Positions 39,956 through 53,459 are shown, counted from the whole stretch's first letter. The stretch is DNA of 62,943 nucleotides, filler included, from Octopus bimaculoides (GCF_001194135.2; 9 parts of 7 records of this genome joined end to end with filler, not necessarily neighbours in it); one strand, 5' to 3'. The notes: generated by a model not told the origin, from the sequence alone. Numbers and translations: made by a program.

Positions 39956-40680
39956 TCGGCGAGCTGGCAGAACTGTTAGCACTCCGGGAAAAATTCTCAG
40001 CGACATGTCGTCCGCCTATACGTTTGGAGTTCACATTCCGCCAAAGGTCGACTTTACCATTTATCCTTTCAGGGTCGATAAAATAAATATCAGTTGTGCA
40101 CTGGGGTCGATGCAAATCAACTTACTCCTATCCCGAAATTGCTGGGATTGTGCCTAAATTTTGAATCACAATTTTTCTGGGTTCAAATGCCTCCGAGGTT
40201 GACTATGCCTTTCATACATTCGAGGTCGATAAATTAAGTACCAGTCAAGCACTGGGATCCATGTAATCGAGTAATCGCATGCCCCAAAATTTTAAGCATT
40301 GTACCTGTAGCAGAAAGGACTATTATTATCGTTATTATTATCATTAATAAAGCTGCGAGCTAGCAGAAACGTTAGCACGCCGGGCGAAATGCTTAGCGGT
40401 ATTTTGACTATCTCCCTGAAGTTGCTGGCCTTGTGCCTAGATTTGAAACCAATATTTTCTAAAAGGCCGCAAGCTGACAGAATCGTTAAACACGCCGGGA
40501 AAAATGCTTAGCGTATTTCGCCAATTTTCATGTTCTGAATTCAAATTCCGCCGAGGTCGACTTTGCCTTCCATCTTTTCGGGGTCGAGAAAAAGAGTATC
40601 AGTTGGTCATTGGGGTCGATGTAATCATCTTATCCCTTCCACCGAACTTGCTAGCCTTGTGCTAAAAGTTTGAAATAATT
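39956..40680 (+). mobile_element. Head-to-tail cluster of four SINE family A copies
   Basis: Copies at about 39956-40170, 40180-40320 (5' truncated), 40350-40450 (internally deleted) and 40463-40680. Confidence 0.85.
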
Positions 40681-40917
40681 ATCATTATCAAAAGATGGCG
40701 GCGATATTGATGTTGTTGTTGATGACGTTGCTGTCGGTGCCATTATTCATATTACTAAAATGGTGATATAATATTAAGTAAATAAATGTACTTTATCGCA
40801 CTTTCTTTATATTTATCAGTATTTGTTTTGTTTTGGAAAAAATTTTTTATCCTTTTCGTCCATTTTCCTTTTTTTTGTTTTGTTTTTTTTTTCTTGTCTT
40901 TGTACTTTTTGTTTTAG

Positions 40918-40985
40918 ATTTTCTTCACGATTTTCTCCGCCGTTTCAGACAATACACGAAATGCTGGCGAGAGACATTTAAGTAA
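40918..40985 (+). CDS. Candidate short host exon, (D)FLHDFLRRFRQYTKCWRETFK*
   Basis: About 55-nt pyrimidine tract ending gttttag|; open phase-1 frame ending at TAA 40983-40985, or alternatively a donor AA|gtaatc after 40981. Confidence 0.3.
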
Positions 40986-41354
40986 TCCAATCGAAATTCC
41001 TGCAAACATCACGAACGCTGCCAAATTTACAAAGACGCATACAAACGCACACGCACCCGTACGTGACGTACATGCGCATACACATTACTCATACGCATAA
41101 GGACTGGCGTATATACGCGTACAGATAGGACGTGAACACGGTCACACGCAAATGAAATATAACAAATAAAAATAAAAAGAGAAAAAAAAGAAACAAGAAT
41201 ACTAGCAACCAATCGACATCACAAACAATGCAGAGACAACTAGAAGAGCTTATACGGACAAGTGTATATGTGTGTGTCTATCTGTGTGTGTATGCATATA
41301 TATGTATGTATTTATATAAACACCAACACACACACACACAATCATATGCATTTA

Positions 41355-41392
<38 letters not shown>

Positions 41393-41552
41393 CCTCTCTC
41401 TATCTCTCTTCCTCCCCCTCTTTCTCTATCTCTCTACCTCCTCTTCTCTCTCTCAGTATGTATGTGTATATATAAGACCAACGCACACATATACATTTAA
41501 ATAAATATTCACACATATCTATTCATATATTTATATATACATACATACATAC

Positions 41553-41583
<31 letters not shown>

Positions 41584-42869
41584 NNNNNNNNNNNNNNNNN
41601 NNNNNNNNNNNNNNNNNNNNNNNNNNNNNNNNNNNNNNNNNNNNNNNNNNNNNNNNNNNNNNNNNNNNNNNNNNNNNNNNNNNNNNNNNNNNNNNNNNNN
41701 NNNNNNNNNNNNNNNNNNNNNNNNNNNNNNNNNNNNNNNNNNNNNNNNNNNNNNNNNNNNNNNNNNNNNNNNNNNNNNNNNNNNNNNNNNNNNNNNNNNN
41801 NNNNNNNNNNNNNNNNNNNNNNNNNNNNNNNNNNNNNNNNNNNNNNNNNNNNNNNNNNNNNNNNNNNNNNNNNNNNNNNNNNNNNNNNNNNNNNNNNNNN
41901 NNNNNNNNNNNNNNNNNNNNNNNNNNNNNNNNNNNNNNNNNNNNNNNNNNNNNNNNNNNNNNNNNNNNNNNNNNNNNNNNNNNNNNNNNNNNNNNNNNNN
42001 NNNNNNNNNNNNNNNNNNNNNNNNNNNNNNNNNNNNNNNNNNNNNNNNNNNNNNNNNNNNNNNNNNNNNNNNNNNNNNNNNNNNNNNNNNNNNNNNNNNN
42101 NNNNNNNNNNNNNNNNNNNNNNNNNNNNNNNNNNNNNNNNNNNNNNNNNNNNNNNNNNNNNNNNNNNNNNNNNNNNNNNNNNNNNNNNNNNNNNNNNNNN
42201 NNNNNNNNNNNNNNNNNNNNNNNNNNNNNNNNNNNNNNNNNNNNNNNNNNNNNNNNNNNNNNNNNNNNNNNNNNNNNNNNNNNNNNNNNNNNNNNNNNNN
42301 NNNNNNNNNNNNNNNNNNNNNNNNNNNNNNNNNNNNNNNNNNNNNNNNNNNNNNNNNNNNNNNNNNNNNNNNNNNNNNNNNNNNNNNNNNNNNNNNNNNN
42401 NNNNNNNNNNNNNNNNNNNNNNNNNNNNNNNNNNNNNNNNNNNNNNNNNNNNNNNNNNNNNNNNNNNNNNNNNNNNNNNNNNNNNNNNNNNNNNNNNNNN
42501 NNNNNNNNNNNNNNNNNNNNNNNNNNNNNNNNNNNNNNNNNNNNNNNNNNNNNNNNNNNNNNNNNNNNNNNNNNNNNNTATACGGACAAGTGTATATGTG
42601 TGTGTCTATCTGTGTGTGTATGCATATATATGTATGTATATATATATACATATATGTATGCATGAATATATACATAGAGTGTACGTTCTTGTTTTTGTTG
42701 TTTGTTTTTCTTTTGTTTTATTTGTTTTCTGTTTTTGTTTTTTTTTTGTCATTCATTGTTTCCGAACGCACACTTATATAAAACAATAATATTATTGTGG
42801 TGCACAAATCTAAAGAGAAAGAACCAACAACATAATGGAAACGGGCAAAATAAAGAAAAAACAAAAACA

Positions 42870-43076
42870 TCACTGATGGCAATAATAATAATAATGATGA
42901 TGTCGATGATGATGATGGCAATAATAATAATAATAACAACAACATTAATAACACTAATAATAGCAGTAATAATAATAATAATAATGATAATAATAATGAC
43001 AATAACGATAATAATAATAACAATAATGATAATGATAATAATAATAATAACAGCAACAATAATATTAATGATAACA

Positions 43077-43132
<56 letters not shown>

Positions 43133-43174
43133 AATGACGATAATGATGATGATGATGATGATGATATTATTATT

Positions 43175-43237
<63 letters not shown>
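42870..43237. repeat. Compound (AAT)/(GAT) microsatellite
   Basis: Direct sequence; source of the spurious 538-aa ORF. Confidence 0.95.
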
Positions 43238-44229
43238 NNNNNNNNNNNNNNNNNNNNNNNNNNNNNNNNNNNNNNNNNNNNNNNNNNNNNNNNNNNNNNN
43301 NNNNNNNNNNNNNNNNNNNNNNNNNNNNNNNNNNNNNNNNNNNNNNNNNNNNNNNNNNNNNNNNNNNNNNNNNNNNNNNNNNNNNNNNNNNNNNNNNNNN
43401 NNNNNNNNNNNNNNNNNNNNNNNNNNNNNNNNNNNNNNNNNNNNNNNNNNNNNNNNNNNNNNNNNNNNNNNNNNNNNNNNNNNNNNNNNNNNNNNNNNNN
43501 NNNNNNNNNNNNNNNNNNNNNNNNNNNNNNNNNNNNNNNNNNNNNNNNNNNNNNNNNNNNNNNNNNNNNNNNNNNNNNNNNNNNNNNNNNNNNNNNNNNN
43601 NNNNNNNNNNNNNNNNNNNNNNNNNNNNNNNNNNNNNNNNNNNNNNNNNNNNNNNNNNNNNNNNNNNNNNNNNNNNNNNNNNNNNNNNNNNNNNNNNNNN
43701 NNNNNNNNNNNNNNNNNNNNNNNNNNNNNNNNNNNNNNNNNNNNNNNNNNNNNNNNNNNNNNNNNNNNNNNNNNNNNNNNNNNNNNNNNNNNNNNNNNNN
43801 NNNNNNNNNNNNNNNNNNNNNNNNNNNNNNNNNNNNNNNNNNNNNNNNNNNNNNNNNNNNNNNNNNNNNNNNNNNNNNNNNNNNNNNNNNNNNNNNNNNN
43901 NNNNNNNNNNNNNNNNNNNNNNNNNNNNNNNNNNNNNNNNNNNNNNNNNNNNNNNNNNNNNNNNNNNNNNNNNNNNNNNNNNNNNNNNNNNNNNNNNNNN
44001 NNNNNNNNNNNNNNNNNNNNNNNNNNNNNNNNNNNNNNNNNNNNNNNNNNNNNNNNNNNNNNNNNNNNNNNNNNNNNNNNNNNNNNNNNNNNNNNNNNNN
44101 NNNNNNNNNNNNNNNNNNNNNNNNNNNNNNNNNNNNNNNNNNNNNNNNNNNNNNNNNNNNNNNNNNNNNNNNNNNNNNNNNNNNNNNNNNNNNNNNNNNN
44201 NNNNNNNNNNNNNNNNNNNNNNNNNNATA

Positions 44230-44261
<32 letters not shown>

Positions 44262-44668
44262 GATATACACGCTAATATATTTATATTCAGTTATATATAC
44301 ATGTTTATATGTGTGTGATATTTATATGTGTATGTATAAATGGATCTATGTACGTATCTATGTATCTATGTATGTATCTATGTATCTATGTATGTATACG
44401 TAATAAAGACTTGGACAAATAGAATCTTTCAAATAGGATATTCTATATTTGTCAGTTTAGAATTTCAATAACAATTTATTCCAGTGTAAACACGAATAGC
44501 AGTAACTATAGTGAGAAGCAAAGTTTGTAAATGCGTTTACGTCTATATGTATGAATGTATGTATGTATGTATGTATGTATGTATGTATGTACGTATGTAT
44601 GCATGTGTATATGCACATATGCCTTTTGGGATGTCAGCTGATTCAGAAAAGGAAATTACATACATATG

Positions 44669-44810
44669 TGCAGGCGTGGCTGTGTGGTAAGAACCTTCCC
44701 AACCAATCGTTCCGGGTTCAGTCCCACTGCATCGCAACTTGGCAAGTGTTTTCTTCTATAGTCTCGGGCCAACCAAAGCCTTATGAGGGAATTATATATA
44801 CGTCTGTGTG

Positions 44811-44863
<53 letters not shown>

Positions 44864-45000
44864 GCCTGTGTTTGTTCCCCATTACCGCTTGACAACCGGT
44901 CTTGGTGTGTTTATGTCTCCGTATAACTCAGTAGTTCTGCAAAAACGACCGAAAGAATAAGTACCAGGCTTTAAACAATAAGCTCTGAGATCGATTCGTT
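44669..45000 (+). mobile_element. SINE family B, head plus internal (TG)n plus tail
   Basis: gcaggcgtggctgtgtggtaag...ttggcaagtg, then (TG)n, then ttcccc...cttgacaacc...gaataagtaccaggc. Confidence 0.8.
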
Positions 45001-45217
45001 CTAGTGTTATTTCTCTTTAAAAGAAAAATATGATAACCAAGAATCAATTGTCATTTTTTTTTTCTATTAACAATGAGGAGCTGTCTGGATCTGTAGACGC
45101 TTGCTCTACAATTCTAGAATTTGAATTATTTTCTGAACTGCATTGAACAGGAAATATTAAATCTGTATAGTCTACAACAGTATTATATTTATATATGGAC
45201 AGAATGACAGATAAAGA

Positions 45218-45271
<54 letters not shown>

Positions 45272-45412
45272 TATACATATGCATATATGTATGTGTGTGT
45301 GCGTGTGTGTCTACGTATATTAATTATACATACATATATGCGTGTATGCATAATGAAATTGTATTGTGCATGTGAAAATTAATGTACATATTTACATACA
45401 TACGCCTATATG

Positions 45413-45459
<47 letters not shown>

Positions 45460-45645
45460 TGTAAGCGTACATATGTTAGTTAATATACGTGTATGTGTGT
45501 GCATCCATGTGATGTGTGTGTATATATTTATAAATAGATAGAGAGTTAGACAGACAAAGACAGACAGACTAATAGATAAGCACAGACAAACTAATAGACA
45601 AGATACTCGTATGCAGTCTCACACAAACACACAGTGACACATGTG

Positions 45646-45728
<83 letters not shown>

Positions 45729-46529
45729 ACATACACACACACTTACACACACACAAGCACATAGCGGCTAGAGAGTGAGGGTAGTATGATGAGAGTAGTA
45801 ATACCGGTCTGTCTATAATTTTCTGATGTTGTCACACCTCTTGCTTGTAAAACGTTGTAATGAAACATTGAACGGGAAAGGTGAAAAAGCTTTTAGAAGT
45901 TTGGAACAGCCGACCACTTATAGAATAAATTGTGCCTTTCCTTTATCGATACGACAACGACAACCACAATCAATGCAGTCACCCTGATCAATACAACTGC
46001 CACAAGTCAAGTATTACAAATCGGTGATCTATATTCAAATCTCACCGTGGTCAACTATGATTTTTATCATTTTGAGGCCGTCGATAAAAAAGTCCCAATC
46101 CAAGATGACGGATTGATGGAAATGTAAGAATACCAGACTAAATATTTTGCGGGTTTTGTGCTGCTTTTTTGCGTTCTGAGTTCGAATCCTGCCGTGGTTT
46201 ACTTTAGTAGACGATTTGATTTTATTTGTCGTCCCGGTTAATATCGCCATGTGGCGCTTTGGGTGCCTTTAGTCAATTGAAATTTTTAGATGATCTGCTC
46301 CATTAAGGCCAACTAGTGGCACCAATGAACATATTTCGAGGTTATTGAGCCTCCTCAGCGAAGCATATTCTGCTCAGTCGTTAAGACATGTGATCCTCGA
46401 GATTTCGATCTTTGGTTTCCAATCTATAGCATCTTGTGCTCGTTTTCTTCTTTAGCATTCCTGAATAATGACAAAAATATATGATGAACGTGATGACGAT
46501 GATAATGACGACGAAGACGACTGTGTTTA

Positions 46530-46614
46530 ATGATGACGATGATCCTGAACATAATTCTCCAGAAGGTAAAGATGTTGATGAATAAAATAAATCATCATTA
46601 TCATCATCGTCATA

Positions 46615-46654
<40 letters not shown>

Positions 46655-46664
46655 NNNNNNNNNN

Positions 46665-46701
<37 letters not shown>

Positions 46702-46798
46702 ATTGTTATTGTTATTATCTTCTTCTTATTATTATTATTATTATTACTATTATTATTGTTGTTGTTGTTATTGTTATTATTATTATCATTATTATTAT

Positions 46799-46836
<38 letters not shown>

Positions 46837-46991
46837 CTAGCAGCAGCAGCAGTACTATTGCTTTTATTATCATCATCATTATCAACATCATTTATCAGCT
46901 CTTCATCATATTCTTCTTCTTCTTCTAACTCTTTTTCTTCTTCTCCATCATCCTCATCCTCATCATCATCATCATCATCATCAACAACAAT

Positions 46992-47037
<46 letters not shown>

Positions 47038-47050
47038 TCGTCATCATCCT
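46530..47050. repeat. Mosaic trinucleotide microsatellite block (TTA, TTG, TAG, TCA, TTC, CAA)
   Basis: Direct sequence. Confidence 0.95.
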
Positions 47051-47799
47051 AGTTTCATCCTGCTAAGATTCTAACTTTAATTCATATATAATCCCAGACC
47101 AAATTTCTAATCCAGCCCAGCAAAATTTCTCAATTTTACATATATGTGTATANNNNNNNNNNNNNNNNNNNNNNNNNNNNNNNNNNNNNNNNNNNNNNNN
47201 NNNNNNNNNNNNNNNNNNNNNNNNNNNNNNNNNNNNNNNNNNNNNNNNNNNNNNNNNNNNNNNNNNNNNATATACATACATATATATATATATACATACA
47301 TATACATATACATATAGATATATATATGTATATGTATATGTGTGTATGTATGTATATATATATATATTTATATATGTGTATGTGCATATGTTTGTAAATA
47401 TGTATATATATATATATGTATGTATATATGTACATATATGTATGCATGTATGTATGAATGTATATGAATATGTGTGTGTGTGTGCGTGTGTGTTTGTGTA
47501 GTTTTGTTTATATTTTGTCTCAACCATTATACTGTAAACATTTGTTTTCGCTGGATTATAACTTAAATCTCTCTGCTTTCCCACGCACACAGACCCACAC
47601 TCGCACGCGCGTACGCACGCAACCGCACACTTGTATCTATGACAACGCTATGCAACGCTAATTGAGTTCGCCTCCTCCTCACTCCATCATCTTCAATACA
47701 GCACACTGAGATTCCAGCGCTTCATGTTTTATCCTCGAGTACTTTAAATCTGCATCAAGAATAAAGATCTAAGGCAGTCGTCATTATTGCTGTGGTGTT

Positions 47800-47836
<37 letters not shown>

Positions 47837-47926
47837 ACATCAACATCATCATCATCATCATTCTCATCGTCGTCGTCGTAGTCATTATTATTATTTGTAT
47901 TATTTATTATTATTATTATTATTATT

Positions 47927-48106
47927 CAGTAGTTTTATTTTTATAACATGCTTTCACTTCACTACCGAGCGCAGCTCTGTGCGCCTTGGGTATGTGCTGT
48001 GGTTTGCTGTGGTGCTCTTATGTTTACTGTATTGAAAGTGTTTTGCGTAGGATGTGTGCAGTACCCAGTAGTGCAATTTTCTGTATGTTATATATATTTG
48101 TAAGTC

Positions 48107-48107
<1 letters not shown>
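47927..48107 (-). mobile_element. R4/Dong 3' end embedded in (TAA)n
   Basis: Minus strand IQKIALLGTAHILRKTLSIQ* followed by a short 3' UTR; (TAA)n on both sides. Confidence 0.8.
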
Positions 48108-48166
<59 letters not shown>

Positions 48167-48662
48167 NNNNNNNNNNNNNNNNNNNNNNNNNNNNNNNNNN
48201 NNNNNNNNNNNNNNNNNNNNNNNNNNNNNNNNNNNNNNNNNNNNNNNNNNNNNNNNNNNNNNNNNNNNNNNNNNNNNNNNNNNNNNNNNNNNNNNNNNNN
48301 NNNNNNNNNNNNNNNNNNNNNNNNNNNNNNNNNNNNNNNNNNNNNNNNNNNNNNNNNNNNNNNNNNNNNNNNNNNNNNNNNNNNNNNNNNNNNNNNNNNN
48401 NNNNNNNNNNNNNNNNNNNNNNNNNNNNNNNNNNNNNNNNNNNNNNNNNNNNNNNNNNNNNNNNNNNNNNNNNNNNNNNNNNNNNNNNNNNNNNNNNNNN
48501 NNNNNNNNNNNNNNNNNNNNNNNNNNNNNNNNNNNNNNNNNNNNNNNNNNNNNNNNNNNNNNNNNNNNNNNNNNNNNNNNNNNNNNNNNNNNNNNNNNNN
48601 NNNNNNNNNNNNNNNNNNNNNNNNNNNNNNNNNNNNNNNNNNNNNNNNNNNNNNNNNNNNNN

Positions 48663-48698
<36 letters not shown>

Positions 48699-48847
48699 AG
48701 ACAGACAGACAGATAGACAGATAGACAGATTTTTATGAACGATCACCTATTATATTGTTATATTACACACTATGGTAAAGGTGGCACCGTAATGTAATAT
48801 TTATATTTTGTTGACCTCGTGGAGAATAATCAAATTACTACTTGTTC

Positions 48848-48914
<67 letters not shown>

Positions 48915-49290
48915 TGTTGTTTATTGTTGTTTTTCTGCGTGTACGTCTCTATGTTTGTGAATCTGCATTTGTATGTAGATATGCGTGGATTTAAGCTTGC
49001 ATGTCTTGTTCTTTCATCTATTGTTGTTGTTGTTGATGTTTTTGTATAAGATTTAAGTATTGAACTGTAGAGTAAATATTTATGAAATTACAGACCCAGA
49101 CTGTTGGGAGCGTTGGGGTGGGGAGAGGTGGGGAAAGATGGAGGGTAGGTGGAATAGAAGTAAATAAACAAGAAAAGAAACTAAAACGAAGTAAATATAA
49201 AAACCGAAGAGGAATCTTGAGAAAATAAGACAGATAAAAGGGTTAAGACGAAAAATGATAGGAAGAGCGAAGGAAATCATTAGATACATC

Positions 49291-49341
<51 letters not shown>

Positions 49342-49747
49342 GTGAAAGTGAAAGTGAAAGACTAAAATTTCAAATTGTACTTTTATAAACTATAACCATT
49401 ATCGCCGCCAACGCCAGCATCCTCCTCACAGCAATCACCACAGCAAATACCACCATCAGCTCTCACAGCATGTTAATCCATGAACTGCATGTTAATCCAT
49501 GAACTGCATGTTAATCCATCAGGAAGCCTCTTTTCTTTAAAATCTGTGCATAATCGAAAGATTTAAACATTCTAAATACATGGATTCTATGATTAATCTG
49601 TCGTAAAAATATATAATAATACAGTGATTACACGCGCAGACATGTGTNNNNNNNNNNNNNNNNNNNNNNNNNNNNNNNNNNNNNNNNNNNNTTAATTAAT
49701 TAANNNNNNNNNNNNNNNNNNNNNNNNNNNNNNNNNNNNNNNNNNNN

Positions 49748-51116
49748 GCCGAAGGAGGCCCTAACCCCCGAAACCTCTAAAAGGAAAAGGAAGAGAGGTG
49801 GGAAACGGCCGGCGGACGTTTATGTGCCGCCAACCGAACCAGTGATCCCTCCCGAGGGAAGTGTGCCATCGGAGTGGGAGGTCCTGTCAGGTAAAGAAGA
49901 AGGATGTAGACCTGGCTGAACTAAAGGAATATGGAAAAATGACGCAGATGGTGGGTGGCGGCGTGAAGTTGTCGCCCCCTAAAAGAATCATGGAGCAAAT
50001 GGAGAGGAAAACTATCACCTATAAGGTGTACCCGCTAAAGAGCAAAAGGGCTGAGCAAGTGGAGGCGGAAGTGGAGAAGGCACTGAGGAAGCAGTAAAAA
50101 AAATAATGTACCTCAGAGGTGGAAAGGTTCAGAAACATTTGGAATACGAATAGAGAGATTCGTCTCGGCCTGCGAAAACAGTTCAAGGTGAACCCAGCAG
50201 GTGGCCGCAGTAGTGGTGACCAACAGCGTCCGTGCTGGGGTGGAGGCCGCCTGTGGTGGCCTCTCATATGTGTGCTGCAGCACTGAGGCTGAGTTGAACA
50301 TGGAGAACTGCCTGTGCGGCGGAGAGCCTGCTTGAAAGGCATATGAAGTGATGTATTGTGATTATAAATATATGGATTTAGCTCGAACAAATGTATTCGA
50401 GGGGTTATCGGTCGGTGAGCGCCGGTGCCCCTCCCATTTTTTATTTCAACCCTTTTTATCACCCTCATCTCATTAATGTCCGTGTCCAGCCCGCAGCTTC
50501 TTTACGTTTGTCTGTCCTTGTTTGTCCCGTCTTTGTAAGGCCTTAATGGCCAATTTAATGAAATAAAGAAGCTTGCTTCCGGTTACTGCGCATGCTTGAT
50601 TCAATTGCTGGTTTGTGTTTTTGAGAGTCGGACGGGACTTTTGTGCTGCTTGGCAGCGGTCTCGTGGAAATATATTCGGACGTTAGCGGACCTGAATTTT
50701 CTTCATCGGAGGACGAGCTGGTGCAGGCGGTGATAAGAATGTACAGAATGTTAGAGAAAACAAAAAGTTTTTCTGAGGCGGCGGAGGTAAAGAAGAAGGA
50801 TGTAGACGTGGCTGAACTAAAGGAATATGGAAAAATGACGCAGATGGTGGGTGGCGACGTGAAGTTGTCGCCCTCTAAAAGAATCATGGAGCAAATGGAG
50901 AGGAAAACTATCACCTATAAGGTGTACCCGCTAAAGAGCAAAAGGGCTGAGCAAGTGGAGGAGGAAGTGGAGAAGGCACTGAGGAAGCAGTAAAAAAAAT
51001 AATGTACATAAACAAGGGACGGAGATACGGGACAGTGGTCGTCCAGTTTAGGACAGTGGAGGAGGAGAGGAGGCTGGCGAATGTTGTGGCGAGGACGGAA
51101 GAGGTGGTGCTTCTCC
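49748..51116 (+). mobile_element. Rearranged L1/Tx1-like LINE pieces (duplicated ORF1 segment, putative 3' end, new 5' end)
   Basis: About 49889-50112 duplicates 50787-51008 with 4 substitutions. GTVVVQFRTVEEERRLANVVARTEEVVLL loosely parallels the ORF1 at 3655-3760. AATAAA near 50562 precedes the second ORF1 start region. Confidence 0.65.
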
Positions 51117-51377
51117 NNNNNNNNNNNNNNNNNNNNNNNNNNNNNNNNNNNNNNNNNNNNTTAATTAATTAANNNNNNNNNNNNNNNNNNNNNNNNNNNN
51201 NNNNNNNNNNNNNNNNATATATGTATGTATGTATGTATATATGTGTATATACATGTGTGTGTGTGTGTGCATGTGTGTGCACGTGCGCGCGCGTAATGCA
51301 CTTTTATTTATACAATTTTTTACTTTCATGTTTATTTCAATCATTGTTTACAACGTTCTATCTCTCTCTTTCTCTCT

Positions 51378-51428
<51 letters not shown>

Positions 51429-52088
51429 ACACACACTGCAAAGCTTACACATGGGCTGCTGAACTGAAATCTCTCTGTTGCTTTGAGGGGAAGGTAAAAC
51501 CTGATAAACTGCTCCTCCTTCTGTTGTTGGACTACCGTGATGTTTGTTTAAAATAGAGAGATTATGACTGTAATAAAATAAAGAAAGTAATATTTACTAA
51601 GTAAGTGAGCACTATTATACAAGGTGCGGCAGAAATACCTCTCACATTTTAAACTTTCACATATGTGTTGCTAATGAACTCATGCAAATGCCAATTATGT
51701 TTTCATTTAGCTAATGACCAAAAACTGTAACCCTTTCTTTAAAGAACAGTAAAATTAATTTTTCATAAATGTTGTTTCTTTTTTCTTTTGTCAACCTTTC
51801 AAATGTGAGAGGTATTTCTGCTGCACCATGTACAAAGAAATAACTACACCTAAAATATAAAAATTATTTGAAATGGGAATCAAATGTGAAAATATTATCA
51901 AGGAGTCGGCAGAAAACTGCTCGGAGGGAAGTCTTTCTGCTAGTGTGAATAATGCCAAATGCATTCGTACACATGCATATATATTCATTTGTGAGTCTGA
52001 ACAAGTACGCTCATATACATTTATACATACTCATGCTTGGTGCGCAGGTATTTTCACTCCGTCAAACACACTTACACATACACACACA

Positions 52089-52248
52089 AGGCCTGACATT
52101 TTGGGGAGTGGTACTTAATTTATCGACCCTGAAAGGATAAAATGCGAAGTCGACCTTGGCGGAATTTGAACTCAGAACGTAGCGGCAGACAAAATACCGC
52201 TAAGTATTTCGCCGGCGTGCTAACGATTCTGCCAGCTCGCCGCCTTAA
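52089..52248 (-). mobile_element. SINE family A, internally deleted, CpGs retained
   Basis: Reverse complement aaggcggcgagctggcagaatcgttagcacgccggcgaaatacttagcggtatttt... Confidence 0.88.
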
Positions 52249-52605
52249 GGTTTCCGGTAATCATAATGTTACGTCCCATGACGCAGTTGAACGGCATGGC
52301 TCTGCTTCTTCAGGTGCTAAGCTGCTTACCCACTGACTTTTCTTTGTTGACTTTTGTTCATGTCCTCACTTTCATATTCACTTAGATGGTGACGTCGCCG
52401 TATCCCAACACCGATCTTCTACATTCTAGATATCTTGCGCACATACATATATATGATTATATGTATGTGTGTATGTATATATATATATATAATGTATATA
52501 TATATNNNNNNNNNNNNNNNNNNNNNNNNNNNNNNNNNNNNNNNNNNNNTTAATTAATTAANNNNNNNNNNNNNNNNNNNNNNNNNNNNNNNNNNNNNNN
52601 NNNNN

Positions 52606-52681
<76 letters not shown>

Positions 52682-52715
52682 CATCATCATAAATCATCAT
52701 CATCACCATCATCAC

Positions 52716-52786
<71 letters not shown>

Positions 52787-52820
52787 CCATCATCACCATC
52801 ATCATCATCATTATTATCGG
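52606..52820. repeat. (CAT)/(TAT) microsatellite
   Basis: Direct sequence. Confidence 0.95.
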
Positions 52821-53459
52821 GCGTTATCTTTAAGAGCCTCTTGTATTTTTTGAAAGATATCAGATATCTGATGAATATGATATTGATGCGAACAGTATAA
52901 ACGAGTTGATTGATGGTTACGCTATCTTTGAGGAGTCCCACCTCTCGCTCTGCCAGTGACATTAACTTTGATTCCGTTTTTAGTTTTTGCTAAGTTGTGA
53001 AAAATATCGCCGACGAAACATTAAAATCTTTTTGTTTGATAAAAGCAGAAGTGAGTTGGGGCGAACCTGATACAAAATAATCTTTATATCTTTTCGAAGA
53101 TATGATTTTCTGGCACTAGCGATATGATGTCATTTCAAAATACAAATCGAACTATATTGTAGATGTATTATTTAATTGTTATTTCCGCTTCCGGCAGACG
53201 ACAAAACACATTAGACATATTTAGAACTCGGGGCCAAGGAAGGGATCTATTTTAGTCGGATCATGTCCTAAACTAATGATTCTGTCAACAGTTCGTAATT
53301 TCAGTTTCCCCCTTCGTTGAATTATATTCTATAAACTACTCTCTCCATTTTTTTGTTTTGTTTGGAAAACACTCACAAAAAACACAGACGTAATGTAGTC
53401 AAAAACAAAATTACTTCATGTTGTGGTATATTATCAATATTATCATATAGTAAGGCATC

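Noticed and set aside
41250-42645. About 60-bp exact direct repeat (tacggacaagtgtatatgtgtgtgtctatc...) either side of a 1-kb gap
   Set aside because: Identical contig-end overlap around a gap; most likely an assembly artefact.
42702-44318. 538-aa ORF and other long ORFs spanning Ns or microsatellites
   Set aside because: These are translations of N gaps and (AAT)/(TA)/(CA) repeats; homopolymeric I/L/Y/HT tracts are not coding evidence.
45044-45200. STDPD motif suggesting a cadherin repeat
   Set aside because: No other cadherin motifs (PxF, LDRE, DxNDN) and the frame closes quickly.
46250-46470. Possible LINE C-terminal remnant on the minus strand
   Set aside because: Similarity is too weak to assign by eye.
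31188-49519. Short tandem repeats (about 20 bp at 31188, 13 bp near 32018, 19 bp at 49468) as CRISPR-like arrays
   Set aside because: They have no unique spacers, only 2-3 copies and a eukaryotic context; ordinary slippage duplications.
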